Of a DNA stretch of 46,560 bases, positions 26,983 through 35,610 are shown piece after piece. Both the position numbers and the translations under genes were made by a program. The stretch lies in sequence record SRR22947727_1365. One strand, written 5' to 3'. Numbering within the stretch: the stretch's first letter is position 1; each line of letters begins with the position of its first letter. The notes beneath the pieces were generated by a model. The model saw nothing but the letters and a program-made list of their open reading frames with translations. It was not told where the DNA came from and searched no databases.

Positions 26983-28411
26983 AAAGAACATTATTGTAGT
27001 ATCTGCTAGAAGAAGCGGTACACATTTACTTACTGATTTAATAGTTAATAATTTTGGATACGAAAGTATTAATTACAACTATATTGATTACCCCAAATTT
27101 ACAGATGAGATGCCTATTTTTGAATCATCAATGGATGAAGGTAATAAGATTACTTGGACTCACTCACATGATTATAAAGATTACCACAAATTTAATCATA
27201 CTATTGAAGACCAGACTAAATTAGATAGATACTTTTCTGAATCTAAAATAATACTAGTTTATAGAGATATCAGAGATATAATAAATTCTATCTATAACAG
27301 ACCACGATATAAAAACAAATATAAATCCTTTTCTGATTTCTATGATAACTTTGATTTCGATGGATATGAACTTACAGACCAGAAGTATGATAATATTTCT
27401 GATTTACTAATTCAATATTATAAGAATTGGTTTTCTGTTTATATGTCAAAAGAACTTTTAGGACTAGACATGGAAGTAGTTTCCTTTGAAGATATTATAA
27501 ACAACTATAGTTCAACTTTAGATAAGTTAGGAAACTTTATAGAACAAACACCAAGAGGTATAGATATTAGACTACCAAATAAAGATAAGAATATAATATA
27601 TACAACTAACGACTTTAAGAGCGGCAACACTGGTGAGTGGGTAAATAACCTAGATACAGACCTCGGTATTAAATTAGGTGAAAAATATCAAGTAGACCTA
27701 GGAGCAGGTTTAGATTGTTTTTTGAACGATATAAAAATACATAAATTTCATACACCGAATAGAAAGAACTTTCAAAAGTTATCTGAATGGACCCCTATAG
27801 AACAAGACATAGAGCTAACATCTAAATCGATAGATATAGAAAAAAGGTATGAAGAGACATTAGAAAGATCAAGAGATTTCAGATACTACCATAAGGTGTT
27901 CTATTACGATGACTATGTATTAAAGTTTCACTACCCTTGCAAAGCAACACTAGATAAACAGACATTTGATACCACAGTCCCTATTGCGTCTAAGCAACAG
28001 CTTTCTACTATTTTAAAGACTGATAAATTTTTATACGACAACGGAATCATTCCAAAGTTATATAATGCAGGAATTTATAAAGGAGTATTGTATGTTGTTC
28101 AAGAAAGATACCCGATAGAAAGTGTACTTTATGAAAAATATAACTTTCACCCTAAATGGGGAGACTGGCGTTGGATTGTAGATATGGGATTCGATACAAC
28201 AATGTTAAGTTATTTCTATAAAGCACTTGATAATAATATACTACTAACTGATATGTTTAGCGTATATAATTGTGCTTTAGATAAAAATGGTAATTTAAAA
28301 TACTTTGATTTAGACGGTATAAAGTATTATGAATCCAAAGAAGAAATGATCAAATCAGAAGACTATAAAAATACTATAGGTATAGTAAAAGAGATATTAA
28401 ATTATGGTTAA
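26972..28411 (+). CDS. Sulfotransferase / protein-kinase-like fusion
   Basis: VVSARRSGTHLL, VYRDIRD, VSFED, FKSG.TGEW (PAPS-binding); C-part VLKF, IPKLY, VVQE, TD....N, YFDLDG (kinase-like). Confidence 0.75.
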   Translation: MNSKKNIIVVSARRSGTHLLTDLIVNNFGYESINYNYIDYPKFTDEMPIFESSMDEGNKITWTHSHDYKDYHKFNHTIEDQTKLDRYFSESKIILVYRDIRDIINSIYNRPRYKNKYKSFSDFYDNFDFDGYELTDQKYDNISDLLIQYYKNWFSVYMSKELLGLDMEVVSFEDIINNYSSTLDKLGNFIEQTPRGIDIRLPNKDKNIIYTTNDFKSGNTGEWVNNLDTDLGIKLGEKYQVDLGAGLDCFLNDIKIHKFHTPNRKNFQKLSEWTPIEQDIELTSKSIDIEKRYEETLERSRDFRYYHKVFYYDDYVLKFHYPCKATLDKQTFDTTVPIASKQQLSTILKTDKFLYDNGIIPKLYNAGIYKGVLYVVQERYPIESVLYEKYNFHPKWGDWRWIVDMGFDTTMLSYFYKALDNNILLTDMFSVYNCALDKNGNLKYFDLDGIKYYESKEEMIKSEDYKNTIGIVKEILNYG

Positions 28412-29354
28412 ACTTACTAAAAATAATAAAGGAAGTAAGATACAAGAGATTAAATTTGATCTCCGTAATTTTGGAGCAGATAAGATCTACGTTATTCACA
28501 ATGCTAAAAGCAAGCAACGTAAAGCAGATTTTGTACATGCCTGGGATCACTTCTCAGGATTTGAGTATGAATTTATAAATGCAGTTATTCCTACTGACTT
28601 TGAGATAAATGAATTGATACAAGATAAACACTCAGAGTTTAAACTAGATTCAGAATTCTTCGACTCAGGTGATATGTGCATAACTAAGGTTATTTTAGCG
28701 ATTGCTTTTTCTCATTTTAGAGTATATAATAAAGTAAATCATTTACCAAAAGATATTAAAAGAATATTAGTTTTAGAAGACGATGCTAGACCTAGTCCTG
28801 CATTAATGGAGTATATCTATACAGGAGAATATAAACAATTTTTAGAATCAATAAAGAAAAGAACATTTGATTTCATGTTCTTAGGGACAGCTGATGACGT
28901 TATAAAAGGAAGAGACTATAACGAAACACTAAGAATACCAGAAACATTTACCGGACTAGCAGCGCATGCTGTACTGTACGATAGAACTACAATCAATAGA
29001 TTAGTAGATAATAAACATAGAGTTAAGTTTGCAGCAGATACTTACCTACATTACTTATTTGAGACAGATATCTTTCCAACCGTTTACTCTCCTTACGTTT
29101 CTCTAATAGAACAGCAGCATAAACAGATAGGTAGCTTCTTCTTAGATGTTGATGATCCAGACTACATATACTCTACATCTTCTCAAGTCAATCATAAAGT
29201 GCAAGAAGTAAATGAAGAATACCCGCACATAGAGGTAGATATGCTCCAATACATTCATAAAGATTATTTTAAGAATAAAAATACAACAGTAGAATGGAAC
29301 GATAGAATTGTAAAGTTTAAGTGGAAAATAAGCGAACTTCAATCCCTACTCTAA
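28404..29354 (+). CDS. GT25 glycosyltransferase
   Basis: IYVIH....QR, INAV, IAFSH, ILVLEDDA, HAVL motifs. Confidence 0.8.
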   Translation: MVKLTKNNKGSKIQEIKFDLRNFGADKIYVIHNAKSKQRKADFVHAWDHFSGFEYEFINAVIPTDFEINELIQDKHSEFKLDSEFFDSGDMCITKVILAIAFSHFRVYNKVNHLPKDIKRILVLEDDARPSPALMEYIYTGEYKQFLESIKKRTFDFMFLGTADDVIKGRDYNETLRIPETFTGLAAHAVLYDRTTINRLVDNKHRVKFAADTYLHYLFETDIFPTVYSPYVSLIEQQHKQIGSFFLDVDDPDYIYSTSSQVNHKVQEVNEEYPHIEVDMLQYIHKDYFKNKNTTVEWNDRIVKFKWKISELQSLL

Positions 29355-29361
29355 CTCCAGC

Positions 29362-29369
29362 TATTTATA
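29362..29369 (+). promoter_or_regulatory. Late promoter motif TATTTATA
   Basis: Intergenic, before ATG 29385. Confidence 0.65.
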
Positions 29370-29384
29370 TAAAAGGAATACGAC

Positions 29385-29732
29385 ATGAAACTAACAGACA
29401 TAATATTTGAGTACACTGATGCATATAAGAACATTGAAGACTCTTTAGCAAAAGATATAGAGAATAAGACTAACTCTGGTGACTGTTTTGTATCTATGGG
29501 AGACTATGCCGGCGGAAGACCAGACGATGACCCGTTAAAAGATATGTCCTACGGTAAGGTTACATTTCAAACGAGATCAGACTTCGAAGAACCTCATTGG
29601 GATAAAATTAAAAGCTATGTAGAATCTAGAGGATACGACATTACTCAAGACTCTAGGTTTTTTGACGATGAACCCGGAGAAAGATACTACTATCCTACGA
29701 TAAAGTTTCATTTCAAAACTCCTTCTAAATAA
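29385..29732 (+). CDS. Hypothetical acidic protein
   Basis: 115-aa ORF after a late motif. Confidence 0.8.
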   Translation: MKLTDIIFEYTDAYKNIEDSLAKDIENKTNSGDCFVSMGDYAGGRPDDDPLKDMSYGKVTFQTRSDFEEPHWDKIKSYVESRGYDITQDSRFFDDEPGERYYYPTIKFHFKTPSK

Positions 29733-29738
29733 ATATGT

Positions 29739-30167
29739 ATGAGACTTTCACACGTTCTATTAGGAGAAATACTTTACTACGATCCAGGCTTTGAGAGAGA
29801 AGTAGATAAGATTCAAGACCAAGGCGGTAAGCATTTAGGTTCTGGAGATTATGGAGCTGCTTATTTACTTAACGGTAGAGTTTATAAAGTTACTACTGAC
29901 GAAATAGAATTAGAACACGCACATCAAATAAAAGGCAAGAAGACTAATAATTTTGCTTATATCTACGACGTTGAAACTATTGAAGATAAGTTAGGTATAA
30001 TACAAATGGAGGTACTAGGAGAGTTCAAAGGAGAAGTACCTGAGGAATGGGTGGATGCAGTAAATAGAGAAGCCAAACAACTTGGCATTGACCCAGATGA
30101 ATTAGACATAAGACCTTCTAATATAATGGTAAATCAAAAGCAACATCTTAAGTTGATTGATATTTAA
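29739..30167 (+). CDS. Minimal protein-kinase-like protein
   Basis: LGSGDYGAAY Gly-loop, VYKV, helix-C Glu, IQME hinge, DIRPSNIM catalytic loop, KLIDI. Confidence 0.85.
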   Translation: MRLSHVLLGEILYYDPGFEREVDKIQDQGGKHLGSGDYGAAYLLNGRVYKVTTDEIELEHAHQIKGKKTNNFAYIYDVETIEDKLGIIQMEVLGEFKGEVPEEWVDAVNREAKQLGIDPDELDIRPSNIMVNQKQHLKLIDI

Positions 30168-30175
30168 TGACTATT

Positions 30176-30208
30176 AGTTGTTTATTCAAATAATATTTCT
30201 TATCTTAC
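30176..30208 (+). promoter_or_regulatory. Early/host-sigma promoter, AGTTG-N20-TATCTT
   Basis: AGTTG 30176-80, TATCTTAC 30201-08, upstream of the primase. Confidence 0.7.
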
Positions 30209-30233
30209 TGTATAACTAGTTACGGACAATTAC

Positions 30234-31157
30234 ATGGATTATACATTCCTACTGGGTTCTATTGAAAATTTATTGGGCAAATCCCATAAAAGAGCTCGTT
30301 CTAATCATGCTTTTCACTGCCCTTTCTGTAATCACAGGAAGCCAAAGCTGGAAATCAATATGGCAACTAACGAAGAGGGTCATAACCCTTGGGAATGTTG
30401 GGTATGCCAAACTAAAGGCCGTACAATCCGTTCGCTACTTAAACAGTTAAAAACTCCTAGGGAACAAGCACAAGACATACTTAAATATCTTCCGAAAGGA
30501 TCATATATCGACTATAAGGGACTATCTATAGTAGAGCTACCTAAAGAGTTTCAACCTCTACACTCAGCTTCAACGACTTCAATTATTGCTAACTTAGTAA
30601 GAAAGTACCTATATGATAGAGGAATTACCGACAATGATTTTATTAAATATAATGTTGGATACTGCACAGATGGAGACTATGGAGGACGAGTTATTATTCC
30701 AAGTTATTCTGGATCCGGCCAACTCAATTTCTTTGTTGCAAGAACTTACGATGGCAACTACTATAAGTACAAGAATCCTGAAGCTTCCAAAGACATAATC
30801 TTCTTTGAAAAACTTATTAACTGGAATACTCCAATCGTCTTATGTGAAGGAGTGTTTGACGCTATTGCTATCAGACGAAACGCTATACCTATACTAGGAA
30901 AGAGCCTCTCTACTTCATTATACAAGAAACTAATTACTAGTGAAGTAAAAGATATATACATTGCTTTAGATACAGATGCAAGAAAAGCTGCTATGAAAAT
31001 AGCAGAACAATTAATGAATCAAGGAAAAAGAGTTTTCTTTGTGGACCTATTGGATAAAGATCCAAGTGATATGGGGTTTGAATATTTCACAAAACATATA
31101 CAACAAGCAGAAGAGTTAGATTTAACAAAAATGATGCTGCACAAATTAGACCTATGA
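30234..31157 (+). CDS. DNA primase (DnaG-type, Zn finger + TOPRIM)
   Basis: CPFC...CWVC, YL..RGI, RVIIP, KYKNP, EGVFD, LDTDA, KDPSD. Confidence 0.92.
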   Translation: MDYTFLLGSIENLLGKSHKRARSNHAFHCPFCNHRKPKLEINMATNEEGHNPWECWVCQTKGRTIRSLLKQLKTPREQAQDILKYLPKGSYIDYKGLSIVELPKEFQPLHSASTTSIIANLVRKYLYDRGITDNDFIKYNVGYCTDGDYGGRVIIPSYSGSGQLNFFVARTYDGNYYKYKNPEASKDIIFFEKLINWNTPIVLCEGVFDAIAIRRNAIPILGKSLSTSLYKKLITSEVKDIYIALDTDARKAAMKIAEQLMNQGKRVFFVDLLDKDPSDMGFEYFTKHIQQAEELDLTKMMLHKLDL

Positions 31158-31936
31158 TAAAACAAGGTATGAACATTCTAAAAGAGAATGCTAAAAAAAG
31201 ACTGGATTTCAACCCAGAACTAAAACAGATTAATTTTTTAGACCGTAGAGTCTATAAGAGAAGCGAAGGAGTATATTACCCGTCCGTAACAACTATACTC
31301 CAATATATGCCCAAAAATAAGTTTTTCGAATCATGGATGAAAGACGTTGGGCATAACGCTGATCTTATTATGCGTAGAGCAGGTAAGCAAGGTACACAGG
31401 TACATGAGGCAGCTGAAAAGTTAGTTGAAGGAGAAGAAGTACAGTGGATGGATGAATACGGCAATGCTAAGTACTCTCAAATAGTATGGGAGATGATCCT
31501 TAAGTTTGCTGATTTCTGGAAGGAATACAAACCTGAACTAATATCCTCAGAGCAATTTGTTTGGTCTGACGAACATAAGTTTGCTGGTACAGCAGATATA
31601 GTATGTAAAATGGATGGCGAAACTTGGTTGATTGATATTAAGACATCTAACAGTATACATAAATCTTATGACTTACAGTTAGCTTCTTATGCAAAAGGCT
31701 TAGAAGAGAGTAGAGGTATTAAGATTGATAGAACAGCAGTACTATGGTTAAAAGCTCACTCAAGAGGTCCTTCTAAACAGAAAAACGTAATACAAGGTAA
31801 AGGATGGAAGCTGTTGCAAATAGATGAAATAGATAAGAACTTTGAGCTATTTAAATTGATCTATAAACTCTATGCATTAGAAAACCCAAATACTGAACCT
31901 ATTTATAATAAGTACCCAACAACAATAAAAGTATAG
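31154..31936 (+). CDS. PD-(D/E)XK exonuclease
   Basis: YPSVTTIL, GTQVH, E, AGTAD, IDIKTS, QLASY. Confidence 0.88.
   Translation: MIKQGMNILKENAKKRLDFNPELKQINFLDRRVYKRSEGVYYPSVTTILQYMPKNKFFESWMKDVGHNADLIMRRAGKQGTQVHEAAEKLVEGEEVQWMDEYGNAKYSQIVWEMILKFADFWKEYKPELISSEQFVWSDEHKFAGTADIVCKMDGETWLIDIKTSNSIHKSYDLQLASYAKGLEESRGIKIDRTAVLWLKAHSRGPSKQKNVIQGKGWKLLQIDEIDKNFELFKLIYKLYALENPNTEPIYNKYPTTIKV
31900..31907 (+). promoter_or_regulatory. Late promoter motif TATTTATA
   Basis: In the 3' end of the nuclease gene, 32 nt before ATG 31940. Confidence 0.5.
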
Positions 31937-31939
31937 GAT

Positions 31940-32881
31940 ATGAAAAACTCAGTAAATTTCTTCTTAAAGGTTACAATTATTTATTTAACGGTTATATTTT
32001 TAGCTTCCTGCGCTTCAGTTAGCTTTAAATACGCCGCATTGAATCATGTAGCTAATGTAGACGGAATTTACAACACTATACCTTCTGTAAAAATAGATAC
32101 GTTGAATGAATTTCAATTTAGAAATAAATTAAGAAATGATTTGAGCTTTAGATTAGACTTTGCTCAATACGCTTTAAGTCAACCTCAATCTTTTGATTGG
32201 AATAATAGACTTCTAGGTTCTAGATATAGATACAGTAGAAATTATTACGGATACAGTTACTATTGGAATAGAGATCAAATGTGGAATGATTGGGCTTGGG
32301 GTTACCCTTGGTTTATTCCTCATAGATGGTCACCATTTGGATATGATAGATGGGGGTATAATAGTTGGAATAACAATTTTTACTATGGGTACGGTTACAA
32401 CCACTATGGTTGGAATGGGTATAATAACTGGAACAATTGGAACTACTATCCTAATTATAATAGAAGACAGTCCACATCTTATATCAATGGTAGAAGAGGT
32501 TCTACTGTTATGAGAGTAAATAGGAACAGTAATACTACTATTAGGACAAGATCTGCTACAGTAGGTAATACTTTATCAATAGATGAAGCAGCAGAGAGAA
32601 TAAGAGTAAAAGTAAAGAACAGAAGAATAATAAATAATAACAATGATCAAACTATCAGAAATACTCCTAGAGGCGGCGGCAGGCCCGAAAGCAGTAATAA
32701 TGGCGGGAGGAGCAGGATCAGGCAAGACGTACCTGTTAAACCAACTGGGGTTAGACAGCCTTCTCAACCTCAACCCAGACAAATACGTCGAGGATCCGGA
32801 TCACCCGTTCTACAACAAACTAGGACCAGCAGCCAACCAAGTAGCCAAGGACGCAGCTCAAGCAGCAGAAGAAAAAACTAG
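31940..32881 (+). CDS. Putative lipoprotein with W/Y/G/N-rich core and R/S-rich disordered tail
   Basis: Signal peptide with LASC lipobox; low-complexity regions. Confidence 0.7.
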   Translation: MKNSVNFFLKVTIIYLTVIFLASCASVSFKYAALNHVANVDGIYNTIPSVKIDTLNEFQFRNKLRNDLSFRLDFAQYALSQPQSFDWNNRLLGSRYRYSRNYYGYSYYWNRDQMWNDWAWGYPWFIPHRWSPFGYDRWGYNSWNNNFYYGYGYNHYGWNGYNNWNNWNYYPNYNRRQSTSYINGRRGSTVMRVNRNSNTTIRTRSATVGNTLSIDEAAERIRVKVKNRRIINNNNDQTIRNTPRGGGRPESSNNGGRSRIRQDVPVKPTGVRQPSQPQPRQIRRGSGSPVLQQTRTSSQPSSQGRSSSSRRKN

Positions 32882-33584
32882 CTTTGTTTGGGATACGACA
32901 GCATCTGGTGCTAGATTTGAAAAGCAGCTAGATGACTTGTTAGCTAAAAAATATCAGGTGTACATGGTAATGGTGTACGCTCATCCTATGATATCTTATA
33001 TATCTAACTTTCAAGGTAGAGAGAGAAATATACCAAGTGATGCCGTATTCTCTACTTGGAGAAATGTATACCAAAAGATAGAAGACTATAATAAAAAACT
33101 TAAAGGTAACTTATCTATATTTGTTTCTGACAGAGGCGGTAAGTTTAAAAAAGAAATAGAAGGCTTTGACACAGCAGCTAAAAACGGACTATCAGGAGTA
33201 AGAGATTACCTTGAAGGATACAACGAAAAGAATGATATAGGAGGTTCCTCTTTCTTTAAACCAGTAGAAATGACCTCAGACGAGGAACAAGAGTTTAAGA
33301 AACACGTTGGTAGTATAGATTGGGATAGAGATAATAGATCAGAAGATAAAGCTATTAAACAAGCCTTTTTAAAAGCATATAAAAAGAATGGAGTAGGTCC
33401 TGGCCAAGATAAACTTAAGGACGAAGTTAAAAAATATAGAGAGTCATCTGTTAAAAGAAAAGAAGCTGCTGATGCAGTATTGGATAATATAATCGATATG
33501 ATTTATAATCCTACATTCCAGGCTAAGCTACAGCATTCTACACCATCAGAAATAGACTCTAAAGTTCAATCATTCTTAGCATGA
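32643..33584 (+). CDS. P-loop kinase (zeta-toxin/AAA_33-like)
   Basis: Walker A AGGAGSGKT, LNPD, VWDTT, R.R lid. Confidence 0.8.
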   Translation: MIKLSEILLEAAAGPKAVIMAGGAGSGKTYLLNQLGLDSLLNLNPDKYVEDPDHPFYNKLGPAANQVAKDAAQAAEEKTSFVWDTTASGARFEKQLDDLLAKKYQVYMVMVYAHPMISYISNFQGRERNIPSDAVFSTWRNVYQKIEDYNKKLKGNLSIFVSDRGGKFKKEIEGFDTAAKNGLSGVRDYLEGYNEKNDIGGSSFFKPVEMTSDEEQEFKKHVGSIDWDRDNRSEDKAIKQAFLKAYKKNGVGPGQDKLKDEVKKYRESSVKRKEAADAVLDNIIDMIYNPTFQAKLQHSTPSEIDSKVQSFLA

Positions 33585-34627
33585 TAGCATTATATCCAGG
33601 AGCATTTAAACCACCTCACCGAGGTCATTTTAACGTTATCAAGTCTTTACTTGACGGCTCTTATAATGGATCTATATATGATAAGGATAACTACAAAGAA
33701 AAAGGAGCAGATCTATTAGGTGGCAGAGCTAACGAAAAACCCGACATTAGTAAGGTTATCGTATTTGTTGGAGGCGGCGAGAGAAACGGTATAACAAAGG
33801 AAGAGTCGATGGCAATATGGCAAGTCTATGCTAAACATTTAGGTACTGTAGAGATATTAGACGGTCAAAAGAACCCTATGTTTGCTTCTAAAGATTATGC
33901 ACAAGCTAGCCCTGATGAAGAGTTCGTAGCAGTAACTGGAATTAGAGGAGATCAAGACTTTGTTGATTTAAGAAGAGTAACAACTTATAAAAATGCCCCT
34001 AACGTCCAAGGACTAGCTTTAGCATCAGCTCCTGGCTCAGGAATTAGAGCTACAGACTTTAGAAAAAGCATACTATCTGGTAACTTAGACGATATTATAG
34101 ATTTCTTTCCAGAAGCGTTATCACAAGAGGAAATACTTAATATACTAACAGATTTGAAAGACAAGATAGTAGCAGAGATTTTAGGATCTAATATAGAAGG
34201 CTTTGTTGAAGGGTACTTTAACTCACAATTAAGCGAAGATACTCAGATTACAAGTAAAAAACTAGAATTAAAAGACTATATTACCTCTCTAACCGAGTAT
34301 ATGTTAGATAGAGGTATGAAAATAATTCCTTTACCAGAGTTAAAACTACGTCAAGATGAGGATAATGCTGCTAACTTCTTTGGTAGAACAGCTCATTACG
34401 ATCCTAACAATAAAGAAATCGTATTATACGTTACAGGTAGACATAATAAAGATATAGTAAGGTCCTATTCACATGAGATGATACATCATATGCAAAACCT
34501 TAGCGGTAATATAGGACAAGTTAATACTTCCAATACTAATGAAGACGAACACTTAATGGAGCTTGAAAAACAGGCTTACCTAGAGGGTAATATAACCTTT
34601 AGAAACTGGGAAGATTCACTTAAATAA
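33581..34627 (+). CDS. HxGH nucleotidyltransferase fused to a HExxH metallopeptidase-like domain
   Basis: YPGAFKPPHRGH and IRATDFR in the N-part; SHEMIHHMQ...E..AY in the C-part. Confidence 0.8.
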   Translation: MIALYPGAFKPPHRGHFNVIKSLLDGSYNGSIYDKDNYKEKGADLLGGRANEKPDISKVIVFVGGGERNGITKEESMAIWQVYAKHLGTVEILDGQKNPMFASKDYAQASPDEEFVAVTGIRGDQDFVDLRRVTTYKNAPNVQGLALASAPGSGIRATDFRKSILSGNLDDIIDFFPEALSQEEILNILTDLKDKIVAEILGSNIEGFVEGYFNSQLSEDTQITSKKLELKDYITSLTEYMLDRGMKIIPLPELKLRQDEDNAANFFGRTAHYDPNNKEIVLYVTGRHNKDIVRSYSHEMIHHMQNLSGNIGQVNTSNTNEDEHLMELEKQAYLEGNITFRNWEDSLK

Positions 34628-34659
34628 GTTGCCTCCCTGAATAATTTTTCGTATATTTA
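34627..34659 (+). promoter_or_regulatory. Early/host-sigma promoter, AGTTG-N20-TATATT
   Basis: AGTTG 34627-31, TATATTTA 34652-59, then AAATAAAGGTTAT-ATG. Confidence 0.7.
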
Positions 34660-34678
34660 AGTATTAAATAAAGGTTAT

Positions 34679-35068
34679 ATGAACAGACAAGAAGTAGCAG
34701 AAGTAGTAAAAGAAGTTTATCCTAGTATAGAAAAACACTACGGATATTCTAAGTATTCTCCTGAATGTACTCCTTATATTGAATTGCATCATAACATATA
34801 TGCTAGATATAGTGGAGAAGCAGAAGCTGAAGGAGAGCAAGATGACTGTCATGCTGAATATGATAGGATAGATAACTCAATAGTTATATACTACCCTCAA
34901 ATGAAAGACAGAAATCACATTATTCAGACATTAGTTCATGAATATCAACATTATCTTCAGTCGCCTTTGTGGATGCAAAGATATTACAGTATGGGATATA
35001 GATACGACAATCACCCTTACGAAATAGCAGCATATAAAGAAGAAGAAAATTATAAAATATTCGCATGA
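34679..35068 (+). CDS. Zincin-like metallopeptidase
   Basis: TLVHEYQHYLQ...HPYE.AAY. Confidence 0.8.
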   Translation: MNRQEVAEVVKEVYPSIEKHYGYSKYSPECTPYIELHHNIYARYSGEAEAEGEQDDCHAEYDRIDNSIVIYYPQMKDRNHIIQTLVHEYQHYLQSPLWMQRYYSMGYRYDNHPYEIAAYKEEENYKIFA

Positions 35069-35610
35069 AAAAAAGTATAGTAGATTTATTAGAAGCTTAT
35101 CCACTTCCAGAACAAAAGGATAAACCGCCATATAAGATATATTGCGATATGGACGGCGTACTAACTAATTTTGAATCAAGATTCGAACATTATAGTGGTA
35201 TGCATCCACAAGATTACGAAAAGAAGTATGGATTACCTGCTTTCTGGGAACTTATAGATGTTAAAATCGGAGTTAAGTTCTGGATAGGTATGGATTGGAT
35301 GCCCGACGGTAAAAAACTTTGGAACTTTATATCACCATATCAACCGGACTTATTAACTTCTCCTTCTAGAGACAATGCTTCTAGATTAGGTAAACAACTT
35401 TGGGCTAAGAATAATTTGAGCCCTAAACCTAAAGTAATAATGGCATACTCTAAAAGTAAACAAAACTACGCTAACGAAAATAGTATATTAATTGATGATA
35501 AAAAGTCTAATATAAACGAATGGAGAGCTGCTGGAGGAATTGCCTTTAGAGTTAGAAAAGGAGATATATCAGATGCTATCGAAGGATTAAAAAAATTAGG
35601 ATATGAGTAG
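35065..35610 (+). CDS. HAD-family 5'(3')-deoxyribonucleotidase
   Basis: IYCDMDGVL, LLTSP, GK..W, LIDD...NI..W..AGG. Confidence 0.88.
   Translation: MKKSIVDLLEAYPLPEQKDKPPYKIYCDMDGVLTNFESRFEHYSGMHPQDYEKKYGLPAFWELIDVKIGVKFWIGMDWMPDGKKLWNFISPYQPDLLTSPSRDNASRLGKQLWAKNNLSPKPKVIMAYSKSKQNYANENSILIDDKKSNINEWRAAGGIAFRVRKGDISDAIEGLKKLGYE

Noticed and set aside
31154-31936. Cas4 / CRISPR association of the PD-(D/E)XK nuclease
   Set aside because: No four-Cys Fe-S cluster motif, and no repeat-spacer array seen in the window
32643-33584. Zeta toxin-antitoxin system
   Set aside because: Only the generic P-loop kinase fold is evident; no epsilon-like antitoxin is adjacent
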